Below are positions 1-8,868 of a stretch of 57,118 nt of DNA, piece after piece (position 1 is the first letter of the stretch; the number at the start of each line of letters is the position of its first letter). The notes under the pieces are model-generated. The model worked only from the letters and a program-made list of their open reading frames with translations, searched no databases and was not told the DNA's origin. Source of the DNA: a virus; IMG/VR virus record IMGVR_UViG_2049941001_000001, positions 1 through 57,118 of that record, one strand, 5' to 3'. The position numbers and the translations under genes were made by a program.

Positions 1-42
1 GTGACGAGGACGGGGGGGTCGTGCATACCGGAAACCTCGTCA
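1..42. repeat. Terminal overlap copy 1 (identical to 57077-57118)
   Basis: Exact 42-nt match read directly from both ends; an ORF is continuous across the join. Confidence 0.95.
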
Positions 43-134
43 ACCTCAAAACCGCCTTTGCTTGTGAGGTTTATTTTACTGAGGAACAGCATGAAAAGTT
101 CCTCGCAAAGCAGAAGAAGGTATCCAAAAAATGA
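1..134 (+). CDS. 3' part of junction-spanning hypothetical protein (72 aa in total, starts at 56992)
   Basis: Frame 3 continues from 57118 via position 43 to TGA at 132-134; the stop overlaps the next ATG (ATGA). Confidence 0.6.
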   Translation, partial: DEDGGVVHTGNLVNLKTAFACEVYFTEEQHEKFLAKQKKVSKK

Positions 135-298
135 AGGACTACATAAAACGGAACGGACTTGTCATGCTCGGGTTTCTCGCTTTTGTTCTCGGTGTCGTTT
201 TGCAGTTGCGTACAGGCCGGATTGATGGCTCAGCGCTCTTTCCTCTGCCGCTCATTTACGCGGCCCTGTGCTTGCGAAAGGGGCAGAAATCCGCATGA
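131..298 (+). CDS. Small membrane protein (55 aa)
   Basis: ATG overlaps the upstream stop; hydrophobic core LVMLGFLAFVLGVVL; below the ORF-track size cutoff. Confidence 0.5.
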   Translation: MKDYIKRNGLVMLGFLAFVLGVVLQLRTGRIDGSALFPLPLIYAALCLRKGQKSA

Positions 299-504
299 AT
301 GGCTCTCGGTTCAGAATCCCGATGACACCGGAAGCGGAGGCAGCGTGGATCAAAGAATGCGCGGAGGCCGACCGAGAAATACAGCGCGAATGTCACGCCG
401 AAAATCTGAAACGTGCTCCATCGCCGGAAAAGCAAAAAGAGATCAATCGTAAGCAATGGCTTCGCCGCAAGGCAAAGCAGAATGCGGGGAAACCTAATGC
501 TTGA
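295..504 (+). CDS. Hypothetical protein (69 aa)
   Basis: ATGA overlap with the upstream ORF; internal ATG of track ORF 268..504. Confidence 0.5.
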   Translation: MNGSRFRIPMTPEAEAAWIKECAEADREIQRECHAENLKRAPSPEKQKEINRKQWLRRKAKQNAGKPNA

Positions 505-526
505 ATTTTTGAAAAGGAGAAAAAAG

Positions 527-1687
527 ATGGCAAATCACAAGTTTAAGGTTGGAGATCATTTGGTAATGACGCGGGATGATTGGTTTAAAAAAAGGACGCG
601 TGTTACAGTCGTCGGGGTAGACGATGGAGACATTATGCCTTATCTTTGCTCCGATGGGGAAATGAATCTGTGGATTGCTAAGGATTCTGTGGCCCCTGGC
701 AGCGAAGCGGACGAAAAGCCCGAATTTCACGTAGGGCAGATTTACCGCGTTGGATATGAGCCGAACAAAGAGACTATCGTCATAGTTACATCTGTTCGCG
801 GTGGTGCGGTGGACGTGAAAGTAATTCGCGGCAATTCTCGCCTTCGCGGATTCAACGTGGATTCGGAAGCCGCGCGTTCTCTTACCCTTCTCACCGGCCC
901 GCAGATTGGAGAAGCGATCCGCAAGTGGGACGAGGAGCACGCAAAGAAATCCGGCGTGAGGGAAGTCAAGCGTGCCGCAAAAGTAGGAGAGTACATTAAG
1001 GCTCTTTGCGACAGTGACTTCGGAAGATTTAAAAAGGGCGACATTCTGAAGGCGACTAGTGATTGCCACAATTGTGATGTTTGGCGCGGAAAAGCGGTCG
1101 GATATAATGGTACGGACTATGTTATTGAGACCGGAAAATATGTTGTCCTTGAAGGTTACAAGCCGGAGCAGACTTCTGAATCTCCGAAAGCAAAAGCATG
1201 GGATACTATTAGATTGACGCAGGATTGCGGCGGAACTGTTGCGGTGCGCGGTAATTCTGGAAAAGTGGTCAATGTTAGAGAAGATAAAGCTTTTGTCAAA
1301 CTTCCTCCCCATACCGAATCTTATCATTTGCCCTATGGAATCCCGCACGGCTCGTATGAAATCGTTTCTTCCGGCAAGCATGTCTACACCGATTCCGAAA
1401 TCGCAGAGGCAAAGAAGTTCGTGCTCGACACCATCCGTGATCTGGCTGAAAAGGACGAAACGGTAATCCTTTCGCATTCATCCGGCGACGAGAACGACAA
1501 CGGCGCGTTCGCTTGCTACATTCTCGGGCATGACACTCTCGTTGACGCAGACGAGGATACCTTTAGGGCAAGCGTTGTGCGATACAATTCGATGTGCTCT
1601 GACAATGATGAACCCAACGAGTGGATTGGCAAGGCCGTTGCCCTTTGCAAGGCGCTCCACAAGCCCCTGCCTAACTATACCCTGTAG
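527..1687 (+). CDS. Hypothetical early protein with 4-5 tandem SH3/KOW-like repeats
   Basis: AAAGGAG RBS before ATG 527; repeated K-x-GD beta-barrel-like segments of about 60-70 aa. Confidence 0.65.
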   Translation: MANHKFKVGDHLVMTRDDWFKKRTRVTVVGVDDGDIMPYLCSDGEMNLWIAKDSVAPGSEADEKPEFHVGQIYRVGYEPNKETIVIVTSVRGGAVDVKVIRGNSRLRGFNVDSEAARSLTLLTGPQIGEAIRKWDEEHAKKSGVREVKRAAKVGEYIKALCDSDFGRFKKGDILKATSDCHNCDVWRGKAVGYNGTDYVIETGKYVVLEGYKPEQTSESPKAKAWDTIRLTQDCGGTVAVRGNSGKVVNVREDKAFVKLPPHTESYHLPYGIPHGSYEIVSSGKHVYTDSEIAEAKKFVLDTIRDLAEKDETVILSHSSGDENDNGAFACYILGHDTLVDADEDTFRASVVRYNSMCSDNDEPNEWIGKAVALCKALHKPLPNYTL

Positions 1688-1702
1688 TTTACTGATAGCA
1701 AA
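1688..1702. promoter_or_regulatory. Palindromic operator-like site TTTACTGATAGCAAA
   Basis: Near-identical 15-mer also at 9435-9449; both sit next to TTTTTGAT and just upstream of an RBS. Confidence 0.45.
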
Positions 1703-1725
1703 CTTTTTGATCGGAGGTTTAGCAA

Positions 1726-1971
1726 ATGCTAAATACAGAATTGATCGAAGGAATTCAGACCGAGTTGAGCGGGCTGTACCACAAACGGCCCGCTCTGGCC
1801 CTTGAACGTTTCAAGGTTCTCAAGGCGCTTTACGATGCAAAGTACATTACGCCCGACCTCCGTAAGGCTATTGAGAGCCATTACAACCGCGAAATGGACC
1901 GCATCACCGAGGACATTGCAGGGATGGAGGCCAACCTGAAACGGATCAAAGGCGGCGGTCCAGATGCTTAG
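1726..1971 (+). CDS. Hypothetical protein
   Basis: ORF track; GGAGG RBS. Confidence 0.6.
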   Translation: MLNTELIEGIQTELSGLYHKRPALALERFKVLKALYDAKYITPDLRKAIESHYNREMDRITEDIAGMEANLKRIKGGGPDA

Positions 1972-2170
1972 AGATAACGGCTACGATTGGGCGCAGTACG
2001 TATACGACATGCAGGAGCCTCCGGAGGGCCACGTAGTCGGCACTTGCGCTCTCTGCGGACGGGATATTTGCGAAGGCGAGACGGTCTACAAGATTGATGG
2101 GGATTGGTACTGCACCGACTGTGTAACCGAGACGGAAGCCGAGGAAGAGGAGCCGCCCGATGAATACTGA
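1964..2170 (+). CDS. Zinc-ribbon protein
   Basis: CxxC ... CxxC (CALCGRD, CTDC); overlaps the upstream gene end. Confidence 0.55.
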   Translation: MLRDNGYDWAQYVYDMQEPPEGHVVGTCALCGRDICEGETVYKIDGDWYCTDCVTETEAEEEEPPDEY

Positions 2171-2184
2171 ACCGAGGTATTTCA

Positions 2185-2382
2185 ATGATTCGGAGTATTG
2201 AAAAATACAGAACAACGCGAAAGCCGCACAAGTGTTATCAATGCGGAGCCGTAATTCCGCCCAAAACAAAGTGCTATTGGTTTAAAGCTGTGGCATTTAG
2301 GGATAGCGACGTAGGGCGCGATGAATGGGAAGAAGGGTACTTTTGCCCGAAATGCGACAAAGAAGGTCGGAAGAATGACTGA
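2185..2382 (+). CDS. Zinc-finger protein
   Basis: CYQC ... CPKC pairs. Confidence 0.55.
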   Translation: MIRSIEKYRTTRKPHKCYQCGAVIPPKTKCYWFKAVAFRDSDVGRDEWEEGYFCPKCDKEGRKND

Positions 2383-2980
2383 GCCTCAGCTTATTTTTGA
2401 GGAATCCACGCACACCTACACTTTGCGGCGAGAGGGATTTGCGGACATTATCCTGCCGAGCGTGACACAGATTATGGAGCCGTTGGAACGGAAGGTTTAC
2501 GGTGATATTTCGTCGTTCACGCTCGACAATGCGGCAGACAGGGGAACTCGGTTACATAGAGCCGCAGAACAGTACCTTAAATACGGATTCCGAAACGTAG
2601 ACGAGGATTGTTCCGGGTATTTTGATGGGTTTCTGAAATTCCTTGTAGGCCATCCAGATTGGAAGCCGATTCATTCCGAATTCAGGTTTTTTCACCGAAC
2701 ATTCCTTTACGCCGGGACGTGCGATCTTCTGTTTGATACTCCAGAGGGGATAACGCTCGTCGATCTCAAAACCACGGCGCAGGCTCACAGGGGTTTGTGG
2801 GGGACGCAATTAGGCGCGTACAAGGCAGGGCTTGAAAGTTATCACCCCGAGTTAAAAATCGCCTCTACAAAAGTGCTACAAACCTTTAACAACGGTTCTT
2901 ACGTTCCGCATGATGTTGTACCAAATTTCAGCTTGTTCCTTGCCTGCCTACAGATTTACAACTTTAAGGAGGAAACATGA
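2375..2980 (+). CDS. PD-(D/E)XK exonuclease (Cas4/YqaJ-like recombination exonuclease)
   Basis: GTCDLLF ... LVDLKT ... QLGAY motifs; sits in a recombination module. Confidence 0.65.
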   Translation: MTEPQLIFEESTHTYTLRREGFADIILPSVTQIMEPLERKVYGDISSFTLDNAADRGTRLHRAAEQYLKYGFRNVDEDCSGYFDGFLKFLVGHPDWKPIHSEFRFFHRTFLYAGTCDLLFDTPEGITLVDLKTTAQAHRGLWGTQLGAYKAGLESYHPELKIASTKVLQTFNNGSYVPHDVVPNFSLFLACLQIYNFKEET

Positions 2981-3543
2981 GCACAAAAGACGAGTTTATC
3001 CAGATTTTCAGCGACAACATTCACCGCGAGGGAGCCGCAGAGCTTTTGAAATGGCTGGAATCAACGGATTTCTTCACGGCCCCTGCAAGCACAAGATTTC
3101 ATTCATGCCATGAGGGAGGGCTATGTGAACACAGTTTGAACGTTCGTAAAAGGCTTGCAGAAATCTACGGGCATGAGGTTGATGAAGAATACAACGCCAA
3201 TGAAGCAGAGACAATCGCCATTTGCGGCCTTCTCCACGATGTTTGCAAGGCAAATTTCTACACCGTGCAGATGCGAAACGTCAAGAATGAATCCGGCCAG
3301 TGGGAAAAGAAGCCGTATTACGCCATCGACGAAAAGTTCCCGTTCGGTCACGGCGAGAAGTCAGTCTTCCTCATTGAGCGGTTTATGACTCTTACGGCAG
3401 AGGAAGCCGTCGCCATCCGGTTTCACATGGGAGAGTTCGACACGCTACGGTGTACTTCGGACGCATACAGCAAATATCCGCTTGCGGTGATGCTGCACGT
3501 AGCCGATCTTTCTGCCACATACCTGGATGAAAGGAACGAATGA
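2977..3543 (+). CDS. HD-domain phosphohydrolase
   Basis: H ... HD ... (LLHDVCK) ... H/D pattern typical of HD hydrolases. Confidence 0.7.
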   Translation: MSTKDEFIQIFSDNIHREGAAELLKWLESTDFFTAPASTRFHSCHEGGLCEHSLNVRKRLAEIYGHEVDEEYNANEAETIAICGLLHDVCKANFYTVQMRNVKNESGQWEKKPYYAIDEKFPFGHGEKSVFLIERFMTLTAEEAVAIRFHMGEFDTLRCTSDAYSKYPLAVMLHVADLSATYLDERNE

Positions 3544-3580
3544 GCCTTAATGCAACCGATTTGAGACTGAAAGGATCGAA

Positions 3581-4078
3581 ATGAAACCAATTCTTGATGT
3601 TACATGCGGCGGTCGCATGATGTGGTTCAACAAACAAAACCCCGCGTGTCTGTATCTTGACAACCGAGAGGAAGATTTTTCGGCGCGTTGGGGATCTAAC
3701 AATGCAGAACGGCACATATTCATTCATCCCGACATTATCGCTGATTTCACAGATCTACCATTTGATGATAACACATTTTATCTCGTCGCAATGGATCCTC
3801 CGCATTTGAGATCCATAGGAGATAGCTCTTGGACTAAAAAAGCATACGGATCCTTACGAAACGGATGGGAGAAAACGATTCACGATGGATTCGCAGAATG
3901 TATGCGCGTTTTAAAGCCTTATGGAACGCTGATTTTCAAGTGGTCTGAGGTACAGATCCCGACGCGAAAAGTTATTGACGCAATCGGGCAGGAACCGCTT
4001 TTCGGGCATATCAGCGGCAGAAAGATGAACACGCATTGGATGACCTTTATGAAAATACCGAATGAGAAAGAAGAATGA
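3581..4078 (+). CDS. DNA methyltransferase (DPPH motif), paralog A
   Basis: MDPPHL catalytic-type motif; N- and C-terminal segments nearly identical in protein to 13639..14139. Confidence 0.65.
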   Translation: MKPILDVTCGGRMMWFNKQNPACLYLDNREEDFSARWGSNNAERHIFIHPDIIADFTDLPFDDNTFYLVAMDPPHLRSIGDSSWTKKAYGSLRNGWEKTIHDGFAECMRVLKPYGTLIFKWSEVQIPTRKVIDAIGQEPLFGHISGRKMNTHWMTFMKIPNEKEE

Positions 4079-4287
4079 GCATGGAAGATTGTTACCACTC
4101 CATTGAAGATAGCTTGCACGGAATCCGTGAACTACTTGTTCAGATGTACCCGGAAGCCGTCAGAATCGATGTTGCCGTAACCGCAGGCGAAATCACCGCA
4201 ACGCCGATTTATAAAACTGACCTTTCCGAATACACCATGCAGAATGTTAGCGGCAAGTGGGTAAAGAAAGAGAGCGAAAACGGATGA
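4075..4287 (+). CDS. Hypothetical protein
   Basis: ATGA-coupled ORF. Confidence 0.55.
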   Translation: MSMEDCYHSIEDSLHGIRELLVQMYPEAVRIDVAVTAGEITATPIYKTDLSEYTMQNVSGKWVKKESENG

Positions 4288-4934
4288 ATGAAATTCAAGT
4301 GAAAGAGCAAGCCGCTACTCTTGAACAGCAGGCGCAGGATTATCAGATCGTTTCCAACACGGATTACGAGGAAGCGGCGGGGTTCCTTAAAAGAGTGAAG
4401 GGCGCGGAAACCGAAGTCAAGGCATACTGGAAGCCTGCGAAGGACGCGGCGGCAAAGGCGCACAAGGAAATCTGCGAGAAAGAAAAGGCTATGCTTTCGA
4501 TCTGCGAGAGCGCCGAGAAGATTCTCAAAGGCAAGATGCTGGTCTACTCGCAGAAAATCGAAGCCGAGCGCCGTGCCGCAGAAGAAGAAGCAAGGAAAGC
4601 CGCGCAAGCCGAATCCGACCGCTTGCTTGCCGAAGCCGCTAAAGCAGAGAAGTCCGGCAACTCCATGGCGGCTACGGTAAACATGGCAATGGCAGAGCAG
4701 ATGGAATCCGTCAAGCCTGCCGTTCAAGTGGCCGCGCCCAAAGTTACCGGAATCAGCACAAAAAAGGTATGGAAAGCCCGCATAACCGACGAAAAAGCGG
4801 TTCCAACCTACATTGCGGGAATCTGCATCAGGCCGGTTGACGAAAGGGCGCTGTTGCAGTTGCACAGGCTGAATCCGAATGTTGAGATCGCGGGCGTAGA
4901 GTTTGTGCAAGACGAAATTCTTGCCGTGAGGTAG
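4284..4934 (+). CDS. Gp157/DUF1351-like protein of the recombination module
   Basis: Coiled-coil N-terminus with the pattern YEEAAGFLKRVKG...KPAKDAAAKAHKEI; ATGA coupling. Confidence 0.45.
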   Translation: MNEIQVKEQAATLEQQAQDYQIVSNTDYEEAAGFLKRVKGAETEVKAYWKPAKDAAAKAHKEICEKEKAMLSICESAEKILKGKMLVYSQKIEAERRAAEEEARKAAQAESDRLLAEAAKAEKSGNSMAATVNMAMAEQMESVKPAVQVAAPKVTGISTKKVWKARITDEKAVPTYIAGICIRPVDERALLQLHRLNPNVEIAGVEFVQDEILAVR

Positions 4935-4938
4935 AACG

Positions 4939-5193
4939 ATGAAACTTGAAAACGTGGAAAAGGCCAACGAGCTGGCAACATCTATTAAAACGGTTGATAG
5001 GAAGATCGCCAGTTTGAACGGCTTAGACTTTTCTGGATTGAGCGACTTGCGCATTTCTGATCGGTCTGGTATTTCGGTTCGCCTTTTTCCGGCAGAAATT
5101 GGCCCCGGCAAGGCATCGGAAATCCAGAACGAATTATGGGATGCTCTGCTGAAAACCAAAGCGGATTTGACAGCCGAACTTGAAAAACTTTAG
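4939..5193 (+). CDS. Hypothetical protein
   Basis: ORF track. Confidence 0.55.
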   Translation: MKLENVEKANELATSIKTVDRKIASLNGLDFSGLSDLRISDRSGISVRLFPAEIGPGKASEIQNELWDALLKTKADLTAELEKL

Positions 5194-5207
5194 GAGGAAT
5201 CAGAAGT

Positions 5208-6140
5208 ATGGCAGACGAAATTATGGCACAAGGTTCAGCACAACTCACAAGCATTAACCCTGCGGGCGCGGCGGTTGCACTCCGCTCCGCAAAAGAAGTG
5301 GAAGCTATGGTTCTCATGGCAAAGCGTTATCCCCGAGACGAGCAGGCTTCCGAGGCAAGAATTATCCGGGCATGTAAGCGTGAACGGCTTGCGGAAACGG
5401 CTACATACGAATATCCGCGCGGCGGCACGAAAGTAACCGGCCCGTCAATCCGACTTGCGGAAGTCCTCGCACAGAATTGGGGGAACATCGACTTTGGCTG
5501 GACGGAGCTTGCCCGCGAAACGTTGCCGGACGGTACGGAGGTTTCCCATTGCGAAGCGTGGGCGTGGGACATTGAGGTCAATACGCGGCGCTCTATCCGC
5601 TTTGACGTTCCACTTGTGCGTGACACGCGGCAGGGCAGAAAAGTTCTGGAAGATGAACGCGATAAGTACGAAATGTGCGCGAACCAATCCGGTCGCCGCA
5701 TGAGGGCTTGTATCCTCAACATCATTCCAGGTGATATTACCGAAGCTGCGCTGGAGGAATGCACAGCGACACTTAAAAAGAGCGCAATCCCGCTTGAAAA
5801 GCGCCGTGAGAACGCAATCAAGGCCTTTGACAAGATTGGCGTAAAACAGCCGATGCTTGAAAAATATCTTGGTTGCAGATCGACGGCATGGACGGCAAAC
5901 GACATGTTCCGGCTCACAAAGGTTCTCAACAGCATCAACGACGGAATGACTACGCCGGGCGAACATTTTCCAGAGCTTGCCGCGAAACCTCTTTCCGGTG
6001 AGCAGCAGGCCGAACTTCTCAAAAAGTACGGTGCCGAAAAGGTTGAGCAGGCTTTGAAGCTCGGCGGATATGCGACGCTGAACGAGGTCACGACCGAAAC
6101 TGTTGGTGACCTGAAAAACGTGCTGGACGGGCTGAAATAA
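5208..6140 (+). CDS. Putative single-strand annealing protein (RecT/Red-beta-like)
   Basis: Position beside the exonuclease; RRMRACILNIIPGDI resembles the RecT C-terminal motif. Weak call. Confidence 0.45.
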   Translation: MADEIMAQGSAQLTSINPAGAAVALRSAKEVEAMVLMAKRYPRDEQASEARIIRACKRERLAETATYEYPRGGTKVTGPSIRLAEVLAQNWGNIDFGWTELARETLPDGTEVSHCEAWAWDIEVNTRRSIRFDVPLVRDTRQGRKVLEDERDKYEMCANQSGRRMRACILNIIPGDITEAALEECTATLKKSAIPLEKRRENAIKAFDKIGVKQPMLEKYLGCRSTAWTANDMFRLTKVLNSINDGMTTPGEHFPELAAKPLSGEQQAELLKKYGAEKVEQALKLGGYATLNEVTTETVGDLKNVLDGLK

Positions 6141-6173
6141 TCCCGATAAACTTTTGATTTTACAGGAGGAAAA

Positions 6174-6554
6174 ATGAGCACAGAAAACAAAGCAAATTCC
6201 AAGTCCATCCTCGAAATGGCGCACGGGGCCATTATGGAGCGCACCGACTACGAAATGAAAAAGGTGCTTGACAACATTCTCGACCCGAATACCAAAGCGG
6301 CGAAGAAACGGACGCTGACCGTCACGCTTGAACTTCTGCCGGACGATGATCGGCGGCAGATTTCGGTCAAGGCCACATCAAAGTCAAAGCTGGAACCCAC
6401 CAACGCGGTTTCCACGGCCCTCTATATCACCGGCGATACAGACACAGGCGAGGCAACAGCCGTCGAAATGGTTCCACAGGTTCCCGGACAGACCGCTTTT
6501 GACGGTTCAGAGCAGGAACAGCCCACGGTACTTAAACTTGTGAAGAACGCTTAA
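6174..6554 (+). CDS. Hypothetical protein
   Basis: ORF track; GGAGGA RBS. Confidence 0.55.
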   Translation: MSTENKANSKSILEMAHGAIMERTDYEMKKVLDNILDPNTKAAKKRTLTVTLELLPDDDRRQISVKATSKSKLEPTNAVSTALYITGDTDTGEATAVEMVPQVPGQTAFDGSEQEQPTVLKLVKNA

Positions 6555-6574
6555 TAGCGGGAGGACTTTAATTT

Positions 6575-7309
6575 ATGGATATGACAAGAGATTTCATCAA
6601 CAAAATTCAGGAATCCGCTGCGCCCAATGAGATCGACTATCAGGGCCGGAAGTACGTTGACAAGGGCATGACTGCCCTGCCGCTCGACATTACGGCAAGC
6701 CCGCTGAACACCGAAACTCTGACTTCCATTGTAGACTACATAAAGTCAAATACGGACAGAAATGCGATTCCAATTGAAAACGGCGCATTTGTTATCCATG
6801 TTGCCGATTACAATGCGGTGGAGCTTTACAAGGAACTGAACGCCGACAAAAAGCGCGACCATTTGATTTCTGCATCAATTGAAAAGTGCAGATTCCAGTT
6901 CGGGCAGTTCATGCCGATTGAAAATTTTATCATCAATTTGCAGTCTGCTTTCGTACAGGACGAGAATACAAAATCGTTGCTTGAATTCGTCGGCTCCGTA
7001 AAGGACGATACGAGCGTTTCTCAGGAGGACGACGGCATAACGCAAAAGGTTACGGCTAAGACGGGAATTTCCATTGCAAAGACCGTCAAGGCTCCGAATC
7101 CGGTATATCTGTGCCCGTTCCGTACTTTTACAGAAATTGAGCAGCCACAGAGTGCGTTTGTTTTCAGAGTCCGCAAGGATGAAAGGGCCGGAGTTACGGC
7201 GGCGCTGTTCGGCGCTGATGGTGATGCATGGAAACACGAAGCTATCCTTTCCGTTAAATCCTATCTGGCAGAAGAGTTGGACGGTCAGCCGGTTATCATT
7301 CTGGCGTAA
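6575..7309 (+). CDS. Hypothetical protein (possibly DUF2303-like)
   Basis: ORF track; family assignment is only a recollection. Confidence 0.5.
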   Translation: MDMTRDFINKIQESAAPNEIDYQGRKYVDKGMTALPLDITASPLNTETLTSIVDYIKSNTDRNAIPIENGAFVIHVADYNAVELYKELNADKKRDHLISASIEKCRFQFGQFMPIENFIINLQSAFVQDENTKSLLEFVGSVKDDTSVSQEDDGITQKVTAKTGISIAKTVKAPNPVYLCPFRTFTEIEQPQSAFVFRVRKDERAGVTAALFGADGDAWKHEAILSVKSYLAEELDGQPVIILA

Positions 7310-7367
7310 ATTTGAAGTTGGTGTGCGGCGGTGAAACACCCGCCGCCAGACATTAAAAGGAGCATAT

Positions 7368-8213
7368 ATGTTAATTCAGAAGAACAGAAATCGAGCGCCT
7401 TATACGTTTGCAAATATCAACTTGCTTGGAAAATGTAATGCAAACTGTTATTTCTGCCTTGGGAAAGACATTCCGGAGCTTTTAAACAAGCACGACCAAA
7501 CGCAATTGCCTTGGTGGGAATGGAAAAACTTCGGGAAATTTCTTGATCGTTGTCATTTTTACGGAATCACAAAGTTATATCTGACAGGGCAAAATACCGA
7601 TGCGCTTGTCTATAAGTATTTTGATTCATTTGTGGATTACATACAGGCACAGGGGTTTACTCTGGGAATCCGTACGAATGGTTATCTTATTGCCGATCAC
7701 GTTGATGCAATCCGGCGCTTAAAGGATGAAGTTGGCCTTTCGATTCATTCTCTCAATTCTGAGCACAATTACGACATTATGAAGCGTCGCGATCTTTTGG
7801 ATTGGGGTAGCCTTATTCCCGCAATCAAATCAGATACAAACACCGTGCGTGTGGCAATTGTTGTGAATCGATATAACCAAGACGAATTCGTTGATCTCAT
7901 AAAATACATCTCAAAGTTTCAAGAGGTTGGATATATTCAAGCACGGCGCATTTCAACAGATACGCGTGAGAGCCAGTTATTGCCTGACATTGAAATATAC
8001 GAAAGCATCTATCAACAGATAGTCTCTAAATATCCGAGACTTGATGATTTCTACAAAGCACAGCGGTTTGACATGTTCGGCAAAGAGGTTTGCTTCTGGA
8101 GAACGGTTGAAACGAGCAGCAATAGTCTGAACTATTTCACAGACGGAACAATCAGCGACAATTATTTTGTGGTAGAAGGGTATCTCAGAAACTATAAGAA
8201 GGTTGAAGCGTGA
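7368..8213 (+). CDS. Radical SAM enzyme, subfamily unknown
   Basis: CNANCYFC = CX3CX2C cluster motif near the N-terminus; visibly lower GC than its neighbours. Confidence 0.7.
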   Translation: MLIQKNRNRAPYTFANINLLGKCNANCYFCLGKDIPELLNKHDQTQLPWWEWKNFGKFLDRCHFYGITKLYLTGQNTDALVYKYFDSFVDYIQAQGFTLGIRTNGYLIADHVDAIRRLKDEVGLSIHSLNSEHNYDIMKRRDLLDWGSLIPAIKSDTNTVRVAIVVNRYNQDEFVDLIKYISKFQEVGYIQARRISTDTRESQLLPDIEIYESIYQQIVSKYPRLDDFYKAQRFDMFGKEVCFWRTVETSSNSLNYFTDGTISDNYFVVEGYLRNYKKVEA

Positions 8214-8704
8214 ATTCTGGAAAGATATTTGAACGCAACTTCAAGGCTTCAATTCCACCAGACGTGTTCTATTACCGGCTCAGAGACAGCACGGCTTCAT
8301 TCTATGGCGGCGGGGACGGGAGCAACATTCGGTTTCAAGCACAAAACATGTGTGACAACATCCTTTTTGGGAACCGCACATTGTTCCTTTGCGAATTGAA
8401 ATCACATAATGGCAAAAGCATCCCATTCAATTGCGTTCGCGAAAATCAGATTGAGCAGCTTACCAAAGCGGCGAAATTTCCGTTCATTATTCCGGCGCTT
8501 GTGATTTTCTTCCCGGATGTGGAGCGGTGCTTTGCCGTTGAAATTAACGACTGGAATAATCTCGTTGATGCAAGCAAGAAGAAATCTGCCAATATCGCGG
8601 AGATTGCGGAAATCGGATACGAGGTCAGGGTTACAAAGCTAAAAGTTAACTTTAAGTACGATATCCAGAACATGATTAAAGATTTATCGGAGGATTTGGA
8701 ATGA
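8210..8704 (+). CDS. recU: RecU-like Holliday junction resolvase (PD-(D/E)XK)
   Basis: D...ELK motif (CDNILF...LCELKS); GTGA overlap with the radical SAM gene. Confidence 0.6.
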   Translation: MNSGKIFERNFKASIPPDVFYYRLRDSTASFYGGGDGSNIRFQAQNMCDNILFGNRTLFLCELKSHNGKSIPFNCVRENQIEQLTKAAKFPFIIPALVIFFPDVERCFAVEINDWNNLVDASKKKSANIAEIAEIGYEVRVTKLKVNFKYDIQNMIKDLSEDLE

Positions 8705-8868
8705 ATCTCGAAATGAGCATTGAAGAAATGATAAGCGCATTGGACACGGCGGCTGGAATGCTGCTTGTTGCATCGATGAATGACGTAACCGTCCGCGAAG
8801 CAATGGAGAAGATAACCGACGTGTCTCTGGCACTTGGCGAACTTGGAGAAAAGTTGGAGGAAAATTGA
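8701..8868 (+). CDS. Hypothetical small protein (55 aa)
   Basis: ATGA-coupled; below the track cutoff. Confidence 0.45.
   Translation: MNLEMSIEEMISALDTAAGMLLVASMNDVTVREAMEKITDVSLALGELGEKLEEN

Noticed and set aside
494-1477. Long antisense ORFs. Examples: 494..1477(-), 4209..5159(-), 5327..6244(-), 24159..25046(+), 24764..25366(+), 28558..29214(-), 32428..33792(-), 34784..35365(-), 38850..39491(-), 42963..43763(-), 50581..51180(-), 56099..56740(-)
   Set aside because: Each lies entirely opposite a gene with recognisable motifs or clear operon coupling. Their composition is skewed (rich in R, S, C and P), and they lack RBSs. They are shadow ORFs.
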